Under the pieces are notes generated by a model, which saw nothing but the letters and a program-made list of their open reading frames with translations, had not been told where the DNA came from and did not search any database. The position numbers and the translations under genes were made by a program. A DNA stretch of 64,000 bases, taken from assembly GCF_964204645.1 (NCBI RefSeq), contig NC_134027.1:6852485-6916484 (forward strand), read 5' to 3'. The stretch is from Tubulanus polymorphus. Lineage: Eukaryota > Animalia > Nemertea. Shown one piece after another: positions 1-12,182 of this stretch. The number at the start of each line of letters is the position of its first letter. Within the stretch, counting starts at the first letter, position 1.

Positions 1-103
1 TACTCATAGAAGTCTCTACCAACACACAACCAAGTATAATTCAAATCAATAATCATGATCGATGACAAGCGGCGTTCACACAAGTTTCTGGGTTTCGGAA
101 GTG

Positions 104-275
104 CAGTCGAACTGGCAAAATTCAGATGATTTGGGACCAACAATATTCACCCGGTTTATGGGAAATCCGGATTAAAAGTCATTTTCTTGTATATTAATGA
201 ACAAATGGACGGCAAATATTGTCCAGATTAGACCAAAATCCGGATTAAGCTGATCTAGATTAGCGGGTTTGACTG
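104..275. mobile_element. Tc1/mariner-type MITE (degenerate)
   Basis: Ends are CAGTCGAAC... and ...GGGTTTGACTG|TA, with internal TCCGGATTA repeats. Confidence 0.5.
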
Positions 276-797
276 TACCATAGTTATGTGGTGCTGAATC
301 AAGTAGAATATGACACACGCTTCCTGAGAATGTTGCGTGCACATATGATTCGGCCCTTAATAAGCCAGCTTTAGTTAAACGGACGTTTTCGAGCTAGCGT
401 AGACTCCATGCCATCTTTTTTTTCCATTATTATCAATCCATTGTAAACCTGATCAAATCCTGTGACTACAATTGCCCATAGGCCTATATCTTTGTTCTTT
501 TAGTGGCTTCTTAGGATAAAAACGGGAGTCAAAAACACCACAATCCTTGGTAATAGAACTATGACATCAACCATCTGTCCAGGTACCTAGCTAAACCTTT
601 AGACAAAACCTGCAACAAAATTCCTCCATCAACACGGCAGATATATTGTCTGCGACTAAATTATCCAATCTTTCACATCTGCAGATTCGGTTTACAGCTA
701 ATCATGCCACGATATATGAATACAACAACCCCGTAGAAAAGCAAAATTTCGTTCCGAGACCTGATCATAATGAGAAAACGTTCACCCCTAAACTCAC

Positions 798-2898
798 CTT
801 TTTTAAATGTATATTCCGCTTTAAATCGACTTCGATGTCCAGGTGTCCACATGTAAGTTAATTTTAATAGATTTGTTTTAGTTTGAAAGACTTTTGGCGT
901 TTTTACATCATTGCAGATGACTTCCATTATAAATTCCTTGCCGTCCGCTTGAATTTCACGTATCTCTAACTTAGACCAGCACGAGTCAGATGACGTGTCC
1001 TCCTTAGCGTTACCGCTAAATTTTTGGCGTGGCTTGAAGCCGTGTATTAGGGTAAAATTGAGCACTATGTTATAGTTCCCATCTGCACGTATAATGTAAC
1101 TGTATTTGTCATGGCAGTCCTTATTTCGGGGGTTCGATGCAGCAATAATTTCCCCTGGTGATGTGTTATATGTATGGCAACATACTGAAAATAAAGAATT
1201 GAACAATGTGTTTTAGTAGAAGATCAACCGTCTAGTCCAGCAAAAAGTTGATAATAGGCCTATACCAAAAATTGTACATTCTAAAAGAAAGTCTCATACA
1301 GTACATGACAATTCAGTTGAATAATGACAGGGATTGCTACAAGACTACATCAGATTTCAGCAATTTCATGAAACAGGACGTTTAAATTGCCTGAAGTGTT
1401 GTGAAAGAGTTTGACCAGCAATTGACAAGGCAAGAAACTCGATTGCCCTCAATAATCATTTACACACCACTGACTGATCGTGAATGATTACAAGCGTGTT
1501 GAACTGAAAGCCATACAGTATTTTTATCACCGGCCATTCTGCAAGCAATCAGAACAATAATCTCGCCAATTAGCCAACAAGGACACATACCTAATACTGT
1601 AAATCTCTAATACTGACGATAAAAACTGACCCAGGGTTGTACCGTGTAAGATCCCTGAGGCATAGGTTATACTTGATGACCCCAGTGTTTTTATCATCGA
1701 TAACAGGTATGCCTCAGAATATTGAGATAATCCCCCATTAGGGTTTACAATATTTTGAACTTGCCGCTATGCGTGGACTCAGGAGATAGACCTGCAAGGG
1801 GATAAACCTAGGTCATTTTTGGAAGTGAGAGATCCTTCAAATGCAGATAGAAACAACATAGGTCTATCTGGTAACATTCCCAATATTTCTATAGGACCTA
1901 AGTCTCAAGACTCTTGTCCCCTTTTTTGTATTGTGCAACAATGTCTGAAAGATGAAAAGTTTTCTTACCATCGGAAAGCACTGTGTCATACAGCAATGCA
2001 ACTGAAAAGAAATAAGACTTCATAACAAACTAGGTGCAAAAACTGTCATGTGTCTTTGAATGGGCTATTCCACAATCAAAGTCTTAATAGGCTAATTAAT
2101 CTCAATCAGATTCTGGCAATTTGATTTCACTTCCTAATTCCATAGCAGAGATCGATCATGCATATTCATGATGCAAACCCTTGAATACCAATAGGTTACT
2201 GGGTAGGTATCAAATAAGGATAATTTAAGTTAACTTAGATAAATGAGCCGGTTCTAGGGGTATTATTATTATGGAGTCATGCATGCATGAATTGTGCTTG
2301 AACGTGATAAATTCTGACAATCACTTCTGAACTTAAAAAAAGACAAATTAGGGTAGGCCTTAATGGTAATTTTAAGTTTCAAATTGGCTTCAATTACCAG
2401 GTACCAGTTAATATTGCTTGTCTAAAAAACAAATGATGGTTCCAGTTGGTAATAGCATTGGTTAAAATATCGAAAATGGGAAGTTTTGACTTCTAACACA
2501 CCAGATAATCACATCAATATTGTATACGCCTATAGGCTAATTAATCAACTTCGTTGACGTTACAACTTGAATAATTAATGAAAGCAATTCTTTTGGACTT
2601 GGGACATAATAAACAAGGTAATTTTTCTTAATGAAAATCTAAGAACCAATATTCGGTTTCATATTATAAGGCCAAGCAGGAGGGAATCAGCAACAGTTGA
2701 CAGTGCACTGCTTTGTTACCGCTGCTTTGATCGATCGGACACTGCTGACACTATACAGTCATTTTTGGCTACCATCATCACACAGTATTGTTGTTTTGGT
2801 TGGCGAGTGGGTTAACAATAACATCATGACCGGAAAAAAAATAGTAATTTTTCAGCTTACTCACCGAGTACACTAAACCATAACAGCATGTCTAACAT
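798..2898 (-). CDS. CUB-domain protein, 5' part. Exons 2898-2865 (MLDMLLWFSVL) and 1184-798 (CUB domain); the gene probably continues off the left edge
   Basis: The 387-nt phase 1-1 exon is bounded by ttttcag and Ggtgagt. It encodes CCHTYNTSPGEI..SNP..C..YIIRA..NIVLNFT..C..LEI..IC..P..FQT..N.L.L.Y...F.AEY, which is the CUB pattern. The upstream hydrophobic exon ends in G|gtgagt in the matching phase. Confidence 0.7.
1595..1751. mobile_element. MITE-like inverted-repeat element
   Basis: Termini are TACTGTAAATCTCTAAT and ATTAGGGTTTACAATA. Internal inverted pairs are GATAAAAAC/GTTTTTATC and CTGAGGCATA/TATGCCTCAG. Confidence 0.45.
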
Positions 2899-3756
2899 GA
2901 AGGGGTTGTAAGCGAATTGCTGCGATAACGGTTAAACGCGTCATCAAGTTTTTCTTCCGTAAAGCTCATATTTTAGAGCCGTATTTCGTTAATTTCGAGT
3001 GTCACATTTAGAAGAGACAGCGTCGGCCATGTTTTTAAACCATTGCGCATATGTCTGGTGCGCAGCCTTAACGAGACATCACGAATGGCTGCGGAAATAA
3101 CCGAATGCCGCCTCCGCGCTGACTCAATGAGGTTCGAACCCCGGCCATTACTTTTTCACTGATTAGACCTGCCTACAAATGATAATAGACTTGTCAAAAC
3201 CATGAATTTAAGTGATTGCAGGATATCATTGCTCTTAAACCAAGCTATGATTACAGTTAAATTGAAATGTCGTATGTAAATTTTCTTTAGGCCTACAGAT
3301 TTTCTCTCTATCAATTTGCTGTATAATTTAGGCCAGATTCTATGCCAGCATTATCATATCACCGAAATTACAACAATTGAATACTGTTTTATGTAAATTT
3401 TGTTTGATGGTTAATTTTCTGTGCCCATATTTATGGCCGATAATTCTGATGTACATTTCAAATATCTTTTTTTCAAGCAGCAATCATGGTCATGACTTTA
3501 TTGTGGTATACATTCCAAATCAAAGGTTGTCACAGTTCCAATGCCGCCACAAACCCGTCTTTGACAGTTAACTGTTAGTTGACAGCACGGTGTACTGTTG
3601 GCGTCTTGTTACCATGGCTCTTGTATACCAGTATACATTATTCATTATGATATACGTATACTAGGTCAACGTCATACGTATTATATACACTTCAATCTCA
3701 AATTGGTTTTCAAGGAATATTACGAAAATATTGACATCAGGCATCTAGAAACAACG

Positions 3757-4558
3757 ATGACTGCTCCTCAATCTGACGGCTTGGGACGAGTGCAGGCTCG
3801 CTGTAATTTTGTTGCGCAGGACGAAATCTGGTACGGTTACAGAAATGATCAACCTTTGTCATTCATTAGCAACTATTTCTAATGACTATTTCTATTCCTT
3901 TAGAAGGCCATGTTTGCCCATGCAAAGACAAGTGGAAAGTCCATCGTATTTATTTGATTTTTTCTCAATCTATATACATATTTCTTCTGTTGATTTCTTA
4001 TAGGAAGGCACACGTCCACCATGAAGAAAATGCCTCGAAGCGTTGGGACAATGTCTGGCACTTCTTGAAGACATCAAAAGAAGAGGTAATTATGTCGTAA
4101 CACTTAATGTGTTTGAATGTTCCTCGCTTTGAGTTTTGATTAGTTAAACTTTATCAAAAGTAGATAATTCTAGGAGGCCATTTTATATGGGATAGTGACA
4201 CCAGAAAATGTAGAATAAAACCATTTGGTACCGTTTTACGTATATACGTTGTATAGTTTCGGTTGAGTTACGACCGTGGTTGTTTTGGTTTCAGCTCCTG
4301 AAAGATGAACTGAAAACTCTACGGAAGGAGCGTCCACCAAGAGAAATCCCGACTCCACTGAAGTTACCACCAATTACACCAACACACGAATATATTGAAG
4401 TGTTACCCTCTCCGCGTCCGTTCCCACGCACCACAGCACAGCAAATCGGATGGCGTTCGTCTCAACGCGACTTACTTTTGGACCGTTATGGTGGATATGC
4501 CCGCGGGAAAGGAGGCTTGATAAAGCAATTGAAGTGGCCAGCAGAAGCTGTGGGCTAG
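3757..4558 (+). CDS. CIMIP1: Ciliary microtubule inner protein 1 (C20orf85/LLC1 family), 139 aa. Exons 3757-3830, 4004-4085, 4295-4558
   Basis: The spliced product contains CNFVAQDEIWK, W...W.FL.T..EELL, P.TP...YI.V.PSP.P.P.TT...IGWRS and L.WP, which I recognise as C20orf85 motifs. Both introns are GT-AG and keep frame. Confidence 0.88.
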
Positions 4559-6196
4559 TTAGATTTGAGTCTCCGAAGTGCATTTTTCCGATGTCGAAAA
4601 ATTCTTCATAGCTTACGTATAAATTTTATCTTTAGATATGTTGGCTTATCTTAACTCGATTGATTCGTGTCCGTATTATAATTCAGTCATCAATTAATTA
4701 TAACGCTCAAACGATGTTTTGATACTCATCTTGTTAACGTGTAGGTTTGATCGAAAAAAAACCGCTCAATAAAATGCTCAAATATAGACTTCGACTTGTT
4801 CGGTACCCCAGTACCGGTCAATTCAGAAGACATTGAATTTGATAACGATACCGAGCAAGGCTAGACTGTATAAATAGTTATATATTATCATCGTAGTGAT
4901 ATGCATTTCCCTGAATAAATATAATGACGCAAAACCACCTTAGACCACCATGACGATGCATCAATAAGAAGTATATAAATGCATACGATCAGAATCAAGC
5001 GGTACGCGATGCGATGATAATGCAGACTTGATATAATGCGTCTGTTTTTAGCACCAGGAAGTGTGCTCGCCATATGACGTCACATTGATTTGATCAAAAG
5101 GAACCCAGACAATTTGTTTTTAAGCGTCATCGTTAATTATAGCTTACTCATACGTACAATAATCATGTTTTTAGCCGTAAAAATACTCTTTTATACCGCG
5201 TAGACTAGACGACTCGTCTATATATGTATGTATACCTGTTGTATCTCTGAAAATTGATTTTTTTTATCTGTTTGTTTCTAGTCCTATATCTAGATTGGAA
5301 GGAGTATCGAATTATAGTGAAATAGACATTGAAGCTACGACAAATTTTAACAGTTCGCATACGGTGAATAATCTTGATTGTGCTTGAACATGTTGTAGTA
5401 ACGTGCGCGGATTCTTTTAGTTTTATTGATTTGTTTAATTGTATATTAATCATTGCTGCTCAAATGAAATATCATAAATATTTGACTAATTTCTTAGCGT
5501 TTTGATTTATGGATTTTGGAAAAATTGGAGGAGTCTGGAATGTGGGTTTACTTCTCCGGCCGAGGTTCCATTAGTAGAGACGGATTTGAATTACGACCGT
5601 ACGTAGCCAGCCAATGGGGTTCGATCCTCGCAATGAAAAGGGCTTGGTTTTAATCGGGGTCCTGGGAGTGCTCCCCCAGAAGATTATTGAAAATCAGATG
5701 CTAGTGAAGCAAGTTCACGGCTTCTAGCACTCCCAGATGGGTGGAAAGGACAGACATTTTCATGAGTTGCTTCATTTTCCCAATCAAGTAAGTTTTGGTT
5801 GATAATATTAAGTTTTGAAAGCATCAGAAACGAGAATTTACGAAAAAGGATCAACAATCACTGAATTCTTTTTAAATTGATGCCCAAATTAACTGTCATT
5901 AGGGCGGACCTTCGTAGATGAGCGGGCAAACCCATCCCCCCTAACACGGACCCGCTGTTACAGCCCAAGAAGTTTTAGAATACTGAATTTTAAATGATTT
6001 TTTAAGTACCCAATAAACCCTAACATATGTGGAATTTGTTAATGCGGAATGATATATCTATATACATGATATACCAGACGGTAACAAATGCATTTGATTA
6101 TGTCGTTTGGACTGAAATATATGATTTTATTCAAGGACCATTCAAACCGCCATCGCACATGAATTTAGCAAACGAAAACAAACTGAAAGTACATAA

Positions 6197-6305
6197 CATC
6201 AAAAATACATCCTCTTTATGTATTTTTGATACAAAAAATCACAAATACATCCTTTTTAGGTATTTTTGATACATGAAATCATAAATACATAGATATTTTT
6301 GATAC
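6197..6305. repeat. Tandem repeat, about 2.7 copies of an ~40-bp unit with an internal palindrome (ATCAAAAATACAT...ATGTATTTTTGAT)
   Basis: AAATACAT...TATTTTTGATAC occurs three times in a row. Confidence 0.7.
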
Positions 6306-7134
6306 CCAATGAATATTTACGAACCGATGAAATAATCCGGTATCCAGTTTTGAAAATGCTTCATCGATGGCACTGAATTGACCGGGTTCCTATGCGAAGT
6401 CGATTAACTGGGCCATATATTCATGCATCGCATTTCCTGCGAATGCGTTTCATCTTAAGAATTCGTCCGTTTACTGGACACATCGGTTGTTGAACTTTCT
6501 AGTCATCTTCATCAGTTACGTTCTGGTTTTTTACTACATGTATCTTTATATATGATAATAAGACTCGGAATTGCGAGCAAATTTACACATAGAAAAATGA
6601 GTTATTTTTGCTTATTTTATAAATAAACAGTTTTTATTACATCAAGAATTATTCGTACAAAAATATTTTCGATATTTTTCCTCAATTTCATCTATATATA
6701 CTACATTTATCTATGAAAAAAATACATACATCCATTTTCACTTATGCGAACGTTGCGCGTGAATGTTTATACATGTATTGAAATGGGTACTGTTACATGA
6801 AATGAAGCTTACACAGACTGTTTGTTCAGTTTAAAATGAATTCCGACATTATTATTAAAATGAATTATATATCTCGGACAATATACAGTAAGCGCTAAGT
6901 CTGGATTGATGACGACATCAAGCTGACTAAATTCACATACCAACATTTCATTGTACTTTGCCAATATCATATACGTACTTTTATAACAAGACTAGCTATA
7001 ATACTAAATAATGGTATGTCATAACCTTAACAGTTTCAAAATAAAAAGATACTACACGAAATTGATAAAATAATCAGAATGAAGATTTATTTTGTCTTTT
7101 TTTTATTAATTTACAGCTTAGTTCATGTCCTGTC

Positions 7135-7641
7135 CAGGGGTGGATTGGGGTGGGGGGGGGGGTGCACGGGCGAATGGTCGAATTAAATGTCTAGATATTT
7201 TTTCAAACAATAAAATATGCCATCAAATGAATGATGCTTTTCAGCTAACACCTACTGAAACGATATAGCGCCAGCAAATGCAACGTTTAGATAATTCCAT
7301 GGGAGAATCAATGGGCCACAGGACCGACTCGGTTCACTGGCTCGATACCATACTAAGTGCCATATGTACGTAGCCACAATCTCAACGCTCCATCCATGAA
7401 GGATAAAATTGAAAAGGTTATATTGTTTTCATATTCATGTTTGATAAAAAGAAAGCTTTAAAACTACCTTACTGTAACATTAACATTTGTACTACAGACA
7501 ACTTCAGAATAAATTCTTAAAATTCTTTTTACCCCCTGACCCCCAGTAATGGGCATCCCTTGCACTGTCAGCTTCACCTCCAATTAAAGGGATTTCTCAG
7601 AAACGTGCACCTCCTCTTCAAAATTCCTGGATCCACCCCTG
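7135..7641. mobile_element. Non-autonomous DNA transposon with CAGGGGTGGAT TIRs (hAT-like MITE)
   Basis: 5' end CAGGGGTGGATT..GGGGTGCAC; 3' end GTGCACCTCC..ATCCACCCCTG. A related end, AGAGGCAGATCCAGGA, is at about 44687. Confidence 0.6.
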
Positions 7642-7992
7642 CGGTCTATGACAGACTACACTAAATTGTCTTTGTGTGAATCAAAACTATATAAATCTAT
7701 AAATGAACTCAAAACATTCTAATAGCCTGTTAATGAAATTCAGCAGTGAGAACATAATCAATATGATAACATGTCCACCATCTGTTACATCATTTAGATT
7801 ACGTAATGAAGGCAGTTTGGTTGTGCTTAGTAACCTCATACTAGAATTAAAACTTTAATACAATCAACTCCACTTAAATTGTATCTTGACCGGTGATTTT
7901 TATATGGATTAAAGCCCTGAACACTATGCGATTTTCTTTCCAAAGCGTCTGCAATTACAGATTTCGCAGCAAAATTTGCCTAGTGTGTTCAG

Positions 7993-8121
7993 GGCCCAGT
8001 TTCACGAAAAAGTTTAAGCCTAAAATGGTTAAGTTTGAATTGTTGTCCTCATCGAAAACATGAAGTAACCATTGGCAATTACACCAAAAATTTGAGTTTA
8101 ACTTTTTTGTGAAACCGAGCC
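7993..8121. mobile_element. PIF/Harbinger-like MITE with CAG target duplication
   Basis: cag|GGCCCAGTTTCACGAAAAAGTT ... AACTTTTTTGTGAAACCGAGCC|cag. Confidence 0.7.
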
Positions 8122-8447
8122 CAGGGCTTAAGTGAAATACCAGTAAGATGGCTTTCAATTTTCCACATCCCAAATTACATAATTATTGTCATAATTACCC
8201 CCAGTGGTCATACAACCCATACCTTGGTGTGTTACTTTAAATAAAGCCTAGATATGACTTTGAAAATACTTAGTTGTTGATTGCGTTATACATGAATTAT
8301 CTAGGTTTGACCTGAATAAATATGGACTTACCAACGAATATGAAATATGTGAAAATAAGAGTAAATCAGTTCCGAATAAAGCAGAGTCGAATGTAGCGTA
8401 AGTTTTTTCTTGTGAAATGGGATTGCAAAATTATGAATTATAATTCA

Positions 8448-8700
8448 TTAACCATTTTAGTACAGACTAATTAATACCCAAAAGTTTGGGAGATAATTTG
8501 AAATTTAAAAAAGAATTCCACCCCACTGCGGTGTACAATGGGCATACCGCTATATTGGATCTACACTGTACTATCTTAAGTTACTATTATTTCACTGTCT
8601 TTGAAAGGTGCTGTCATCTTTCAATAGAGATAAAAACTAGATATAAGTTCATCACTTATTTACATGTTGCAATGCTGTGTAATCGCACTGAAAGGGTTAA
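8448..8700. mobile_element. piggyBac-like MITE flanked by TTAA
   Basis: TTAA|CCATTTTAGTAC ... GCACTGAAAGGG|TTAA. Confidence 0.55.
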
Positions 8701-8871
8701 GGGCACATTTTCAGACACTGACACACGCAGTCGTTAATGATTCAACTAAACATATCATGTTCAGTCTACATATTCATTGCTTTCGTGTCTGAATTACCTA
8801 GGCAGTATTCTATTCAGAACAATGGCTAACTAGCAACTTGAATTCTCATTTACGTGACTACGAAATCATAT

Positions 8872-10824
8872 TCATTGTTGATGCGATTTCAATGGATTAT
8901 CAACAACGCATGGGAACAGATGATTGTTGAAAATGAACCATTTTATTTGATTGAAACCGTATAAAAAGACGATGAGTACTGGCATATACTGTATGAATCC
9001 CCATTTCAAGGTCTGCCAAAATCCGGTGTATATTCTGTAGAATTATCATAAAAGAAAATAATCAAATCCATCAATGTATGTAATATTTCCGTCAATATTT
9101 CCTCATTCAGATCAGTTTCTTCATTCAGAAGTTTTATTTTATGTATGATAGAACAGTGGAAACTCATTATAACAACCTCGGGGGTAACAATTTGTCGGTT
9201 AAAAACCTAGAAATTTGTCCCTAATACGACAATTTCAATAAATCCTCAATGGATATAACGAAGTTTAGGTTATAACGAACAGATTTTTTGGTCCCCTGAA
9301 GAAGTTTTTTGTAATGAGGTTTCCGAAGTCCTGCTTGGACATTATCTGCATGAATTCAAATCAGTTAATATAGTTTCTTCAATTAGTCAAATATAACTAT
9401 CGTTTGTGAGGCTGGTTCGATTATTTTTGGATAAAAGGATACTCAACTGTTGGCGTTGGATAGATAATTGTGCCATTAATAGTAAATGGTTGACCAGATC
9501 CTCGGCCTGACATCCAAACCGGGTAAATATTCTCCAGTCTTGTACTCACTGCAAAATATACATAAATGATCCATTCAAATCTTATAATCATGGTAGATAT
9601 TATTTTCTTAGAAAGATTTTACAATACTTGGGATCATAAGTATTCTGGACCCAGTTCCACAGTTGTGAGTAAGAGCTAAAATTAGTTGAAATTTGCAATG
9701 AGTTAACTCTGAGTCAAATCTTAGCACTGAACTGTGGAACTGGGTCCTGTTGTTTACATACCATTTCTTTGTTGATAATCGTAAAAAATTTTTTGCAAAT
9801 CAAACGCTTCAACATAAGCACTGTTGCCATCAATGGGTGGTGACTAAAAGTAGCAAAAAAACTACTCTAAAGATGCACATCATATTAATCTACCAGTAAA
9901 CCAATTGATCATATACCTACATCATATCGAATATCAGTTCCTTGGTGCTTTAAGGGAGTTTTTTGTACCCACACCAAATCTGAAATGAAGCTGAAATCTG
10001 CTCCAGGCAAACGGCTTTCATGATTCACATAACCAAGGCTTTGCATATAAAATAATGGACGTAACTGAAACAAAAAAGATTTTGACGAATCATTATCCAT
10101 ATCACTGATGAGAGATGGAGGTCTGGTGTTTGAAAAATACAAAATGATGTATGTATGAAAAATCAAGCTTACCATCAAACTTGAATAAAATGTGAGAAGT
10201 AGTTTGACTCCATAAATCTGTTCAGAATCTGCTAAAGGCACTTGTAAGTTCAGAGACAGATAGTCATTAATACCATCACCATTCTTGTCTACTTCTCTTG
10301 ACTGAAACAATTATTGCATGTCAGTAGCTAACCTGTTGTTCAACTATGAAGAATTTAGGCAAATTGAAGTTACTAATGAATACCTTGATTAATGGAACAC
10401 GTAGATTGTTTTGCTGCATTTTGTTGAAATTATTGTAAGTGCTCCATGTTAAATATCCATTTGGCGTCTCGAGAAATAAGATGATATTGTGCTGAAATTT
10501 CACCTGCAATTGCTCCTTGTAGACATCTGTCTTCTTCCAAAAGCCTTAAAAATGTCATTAAAGCCAAAATTGAAGAAATATTTACACACCATAGCACGAT
10601 TGTCCACTTCAATAAACTTAATTTGATCTGAATGAATGGAATGTTTTCAAGGCTTTCTATAGAATTTTGAAACACGAAAGCTTACCGAAACTTTTATATA
10701 CAACAAAAAATGGAGCAATAAATGATACGAGAGAAATGAATATGATAAAGAAAGTGGCTTTCGAGCAGAAATGGGCCTTATATCGCCGAACTTCAGGGTG
10801 GTTATAAATTTCGAGCATCGCCAT
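8872..10824 (-). CDS. TMEM231: Transmembrane protein 231 (ciliary transition zone), 307 aa. Exons 10824-10686, 10544-10384, 10301-10173, 10064-9921, 9843-9762, 9548-9443, 9034-8872
   Basis: Motifs are HP..RRYKA..CSKA, GFW.K...Y.EQ..V.F, WST...FN, LRVPLI, E.D.N.DG..D.L, MQSL, Q..PL, Y..RN and GFWQ.LKWG..QY. The seven exons total 924 nt in frame. The last intron has a U12-type donor. Confidence 0.93.
9154..9325. mobile_element. Tc1/mariner-type MITE inside the TMEM231 U12 intron
   Basis: CAGTGGAAACTCATTATAAC ... GTAATGAGGTTTCC, with internal TATAACGA repeats. Confidence 0.5.
9433..9442 (-). other. U12-type (minor spliceosome) 5' splice site GTATCCTTTT of the last TMEM231 intron (9442-9035)
   Basis: Exact RTATCCTT consensus at the phase-2 junction that the protein alignment requires. 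Confidence 0.85.
9648..9746. mobile_element. PIF/Harbinger-like MITE with CTG target duplication
   Basis: ctg|GACCCAGTTCCACAGTT ... AACTGTGGAACTGGGTC|ctg, a perfect 17-bp TIR. Confidence 0.8.
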
Positions 10825-11200
10825 TTTTAAACAAAAATGTACCCGCAGGTAACTAACGAAAACCCGGAAATAGATAGAGCCACATCGCGGCGCGATTGGG
10901 AAATCCCGGGAAAAATTTTGATTTCCGCATCCGACTTCAGTGCGTTTTTCGAAAATCGAAAACAATAAATTTTCTGACCATGCGCGTCGTCATCATTAAC
11001 TCCATAGATTACATTTCTATGATCTGTTTATATATAACGCGATATATTTTTAAAAATTTGGGATTCGAACTCCGCTCAATCAATCTACTAATGTGCAAAA
11101 TCGTCAAATACGACCCAATGGAATCATTTTCGAATGGGCGTGGTCGTCTTTTTGATTGGTGGCTGTATGGGCCGCTGTATGGCGCGAAAATCTGAATGAA
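10825..11200. promoter_or_regulatory. Bidirectional promoter shared by TMEM231 (-) and ORC5 (+)
   Basis: CpG-rich interval of about 400 bp. It has an X-box-like GTACCCGCAGGTAAC (~10839-10853), ETS CCGGAA (~10863), reverse CCAAT boxes (~10895, ~11155) and an E2F site GCGCGAAA (11182-11189) followed by a CHR-like TCTGAA. Confidence 0.65.
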
Positions 11201-11609
11201 GCTGCGCGACAGAATTGTGAAGGTCGAGTGGTGAGGAAGTGAGTCTGTGTGGTGACTTTTTTGGTGTTGACATTTGTCGAATGAGCTAAAAAGTTCGTTG
11301 ATTAATTAGTTCGGTATATTGATAGCTTAATAGATTAAAAGAAAGTTAGGCCTAAAACAAGGTAAAATGGTTAAATTCTGCATAATCATCAGTGATATGT
11401 TTATCATTTCTATATTGTATAAGTTTTGATATGACATGTGCAGACTGCAGTCAACATTTATTTAGGCCTTTATATTTAAAAAAAGTAGACCTGTCCCATC
11501 CCCCATTCCCAGGCCCTGCCATTGCTTGCTCCTAGCTCTGATGCTGCTTTCTTAAGTCTACTTACCCTGCTTACTCCTCTCCTTATTCACAATAACTCTT
11601 TTCTGTGCC

Positions 11610-11836
11610 TGTGTGGTTCAGTCTCACGATCTTAGCAGCCCACCGGCAATATATCCAATTATAAAGGGGTGGGTACCACCAACGATTTGGCAACTATCTA
11701 ATCTAGTGAAGATCAGCATTCACCTAGTCAGTAACCTGTCTGTGGTTTAGTTTCACGATCGGATATTTTCACAAACCACAGTTGGTGTAAGCCCATCCGA
11801 TTATAAAAAGCTTACCACCAATGATTAGGTAACTAA
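11610..11836. repeat. Two imperfect direct copies (~90 bp) in the ORC5 5'UTR intron
   Basis: TGTGGTT.AGT.TCACGATC ... ATCC.ATTATAAA ... TACCACCAA.GATT.GG.AACTA at ~11612-11696 and ~11741-11835. Confidence 0.65.
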
Positions 11837-12182
11837 CTAAGGCAGCATTCACCATGGTCACGTATAAACCTTGTGTTGTAGGAGTAGTCCGAATACCAGC
11901 TGTTGTTACAGGTTCCCCTACAACAGGAATCACAGCTAGGTACTAGACTATACCAGGGGCTTACCAATTTAATAAATATTGTTTTAAGGAATATAGCAGG
12001 TTGTAGGCTTAGTAGGAAGGTACCTGTGTATTCTCTACAATACACCTACATATGTCATAATGACTTGACATATGATGGTGCACTTAAAAAATGTTATTAT
12101 GACTACTTACTTGCCTGTGCCTTAATAAATGATTAATTATGATTAATGGAATTTTTATATATCTTTCAGAATTTCATTCGAT

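Noticed and set aside
3120-3147. GGTTCGAACC B-box-like motifs (also ~5617, ~11061) as tRNA genes
   Set aside because: No cloverleaf or correctly spaced A box; at most SINE remnants.
4888-5073. 61-aa ORF with a hydrophobic stretch
   Set aside because: No recognisable homology, no good splice donor and no partner exons.
8683-8703. Minus-strand CCCTTAAC...CAG that looks like a U12 branch point and acceptor for TMEM231
   Set aside because: It is the TTAA-CCCTTTCAG end of a piggyBac-like MITE. It lies beyond the real last exon and reaches a stop after a few non-conserved codons.
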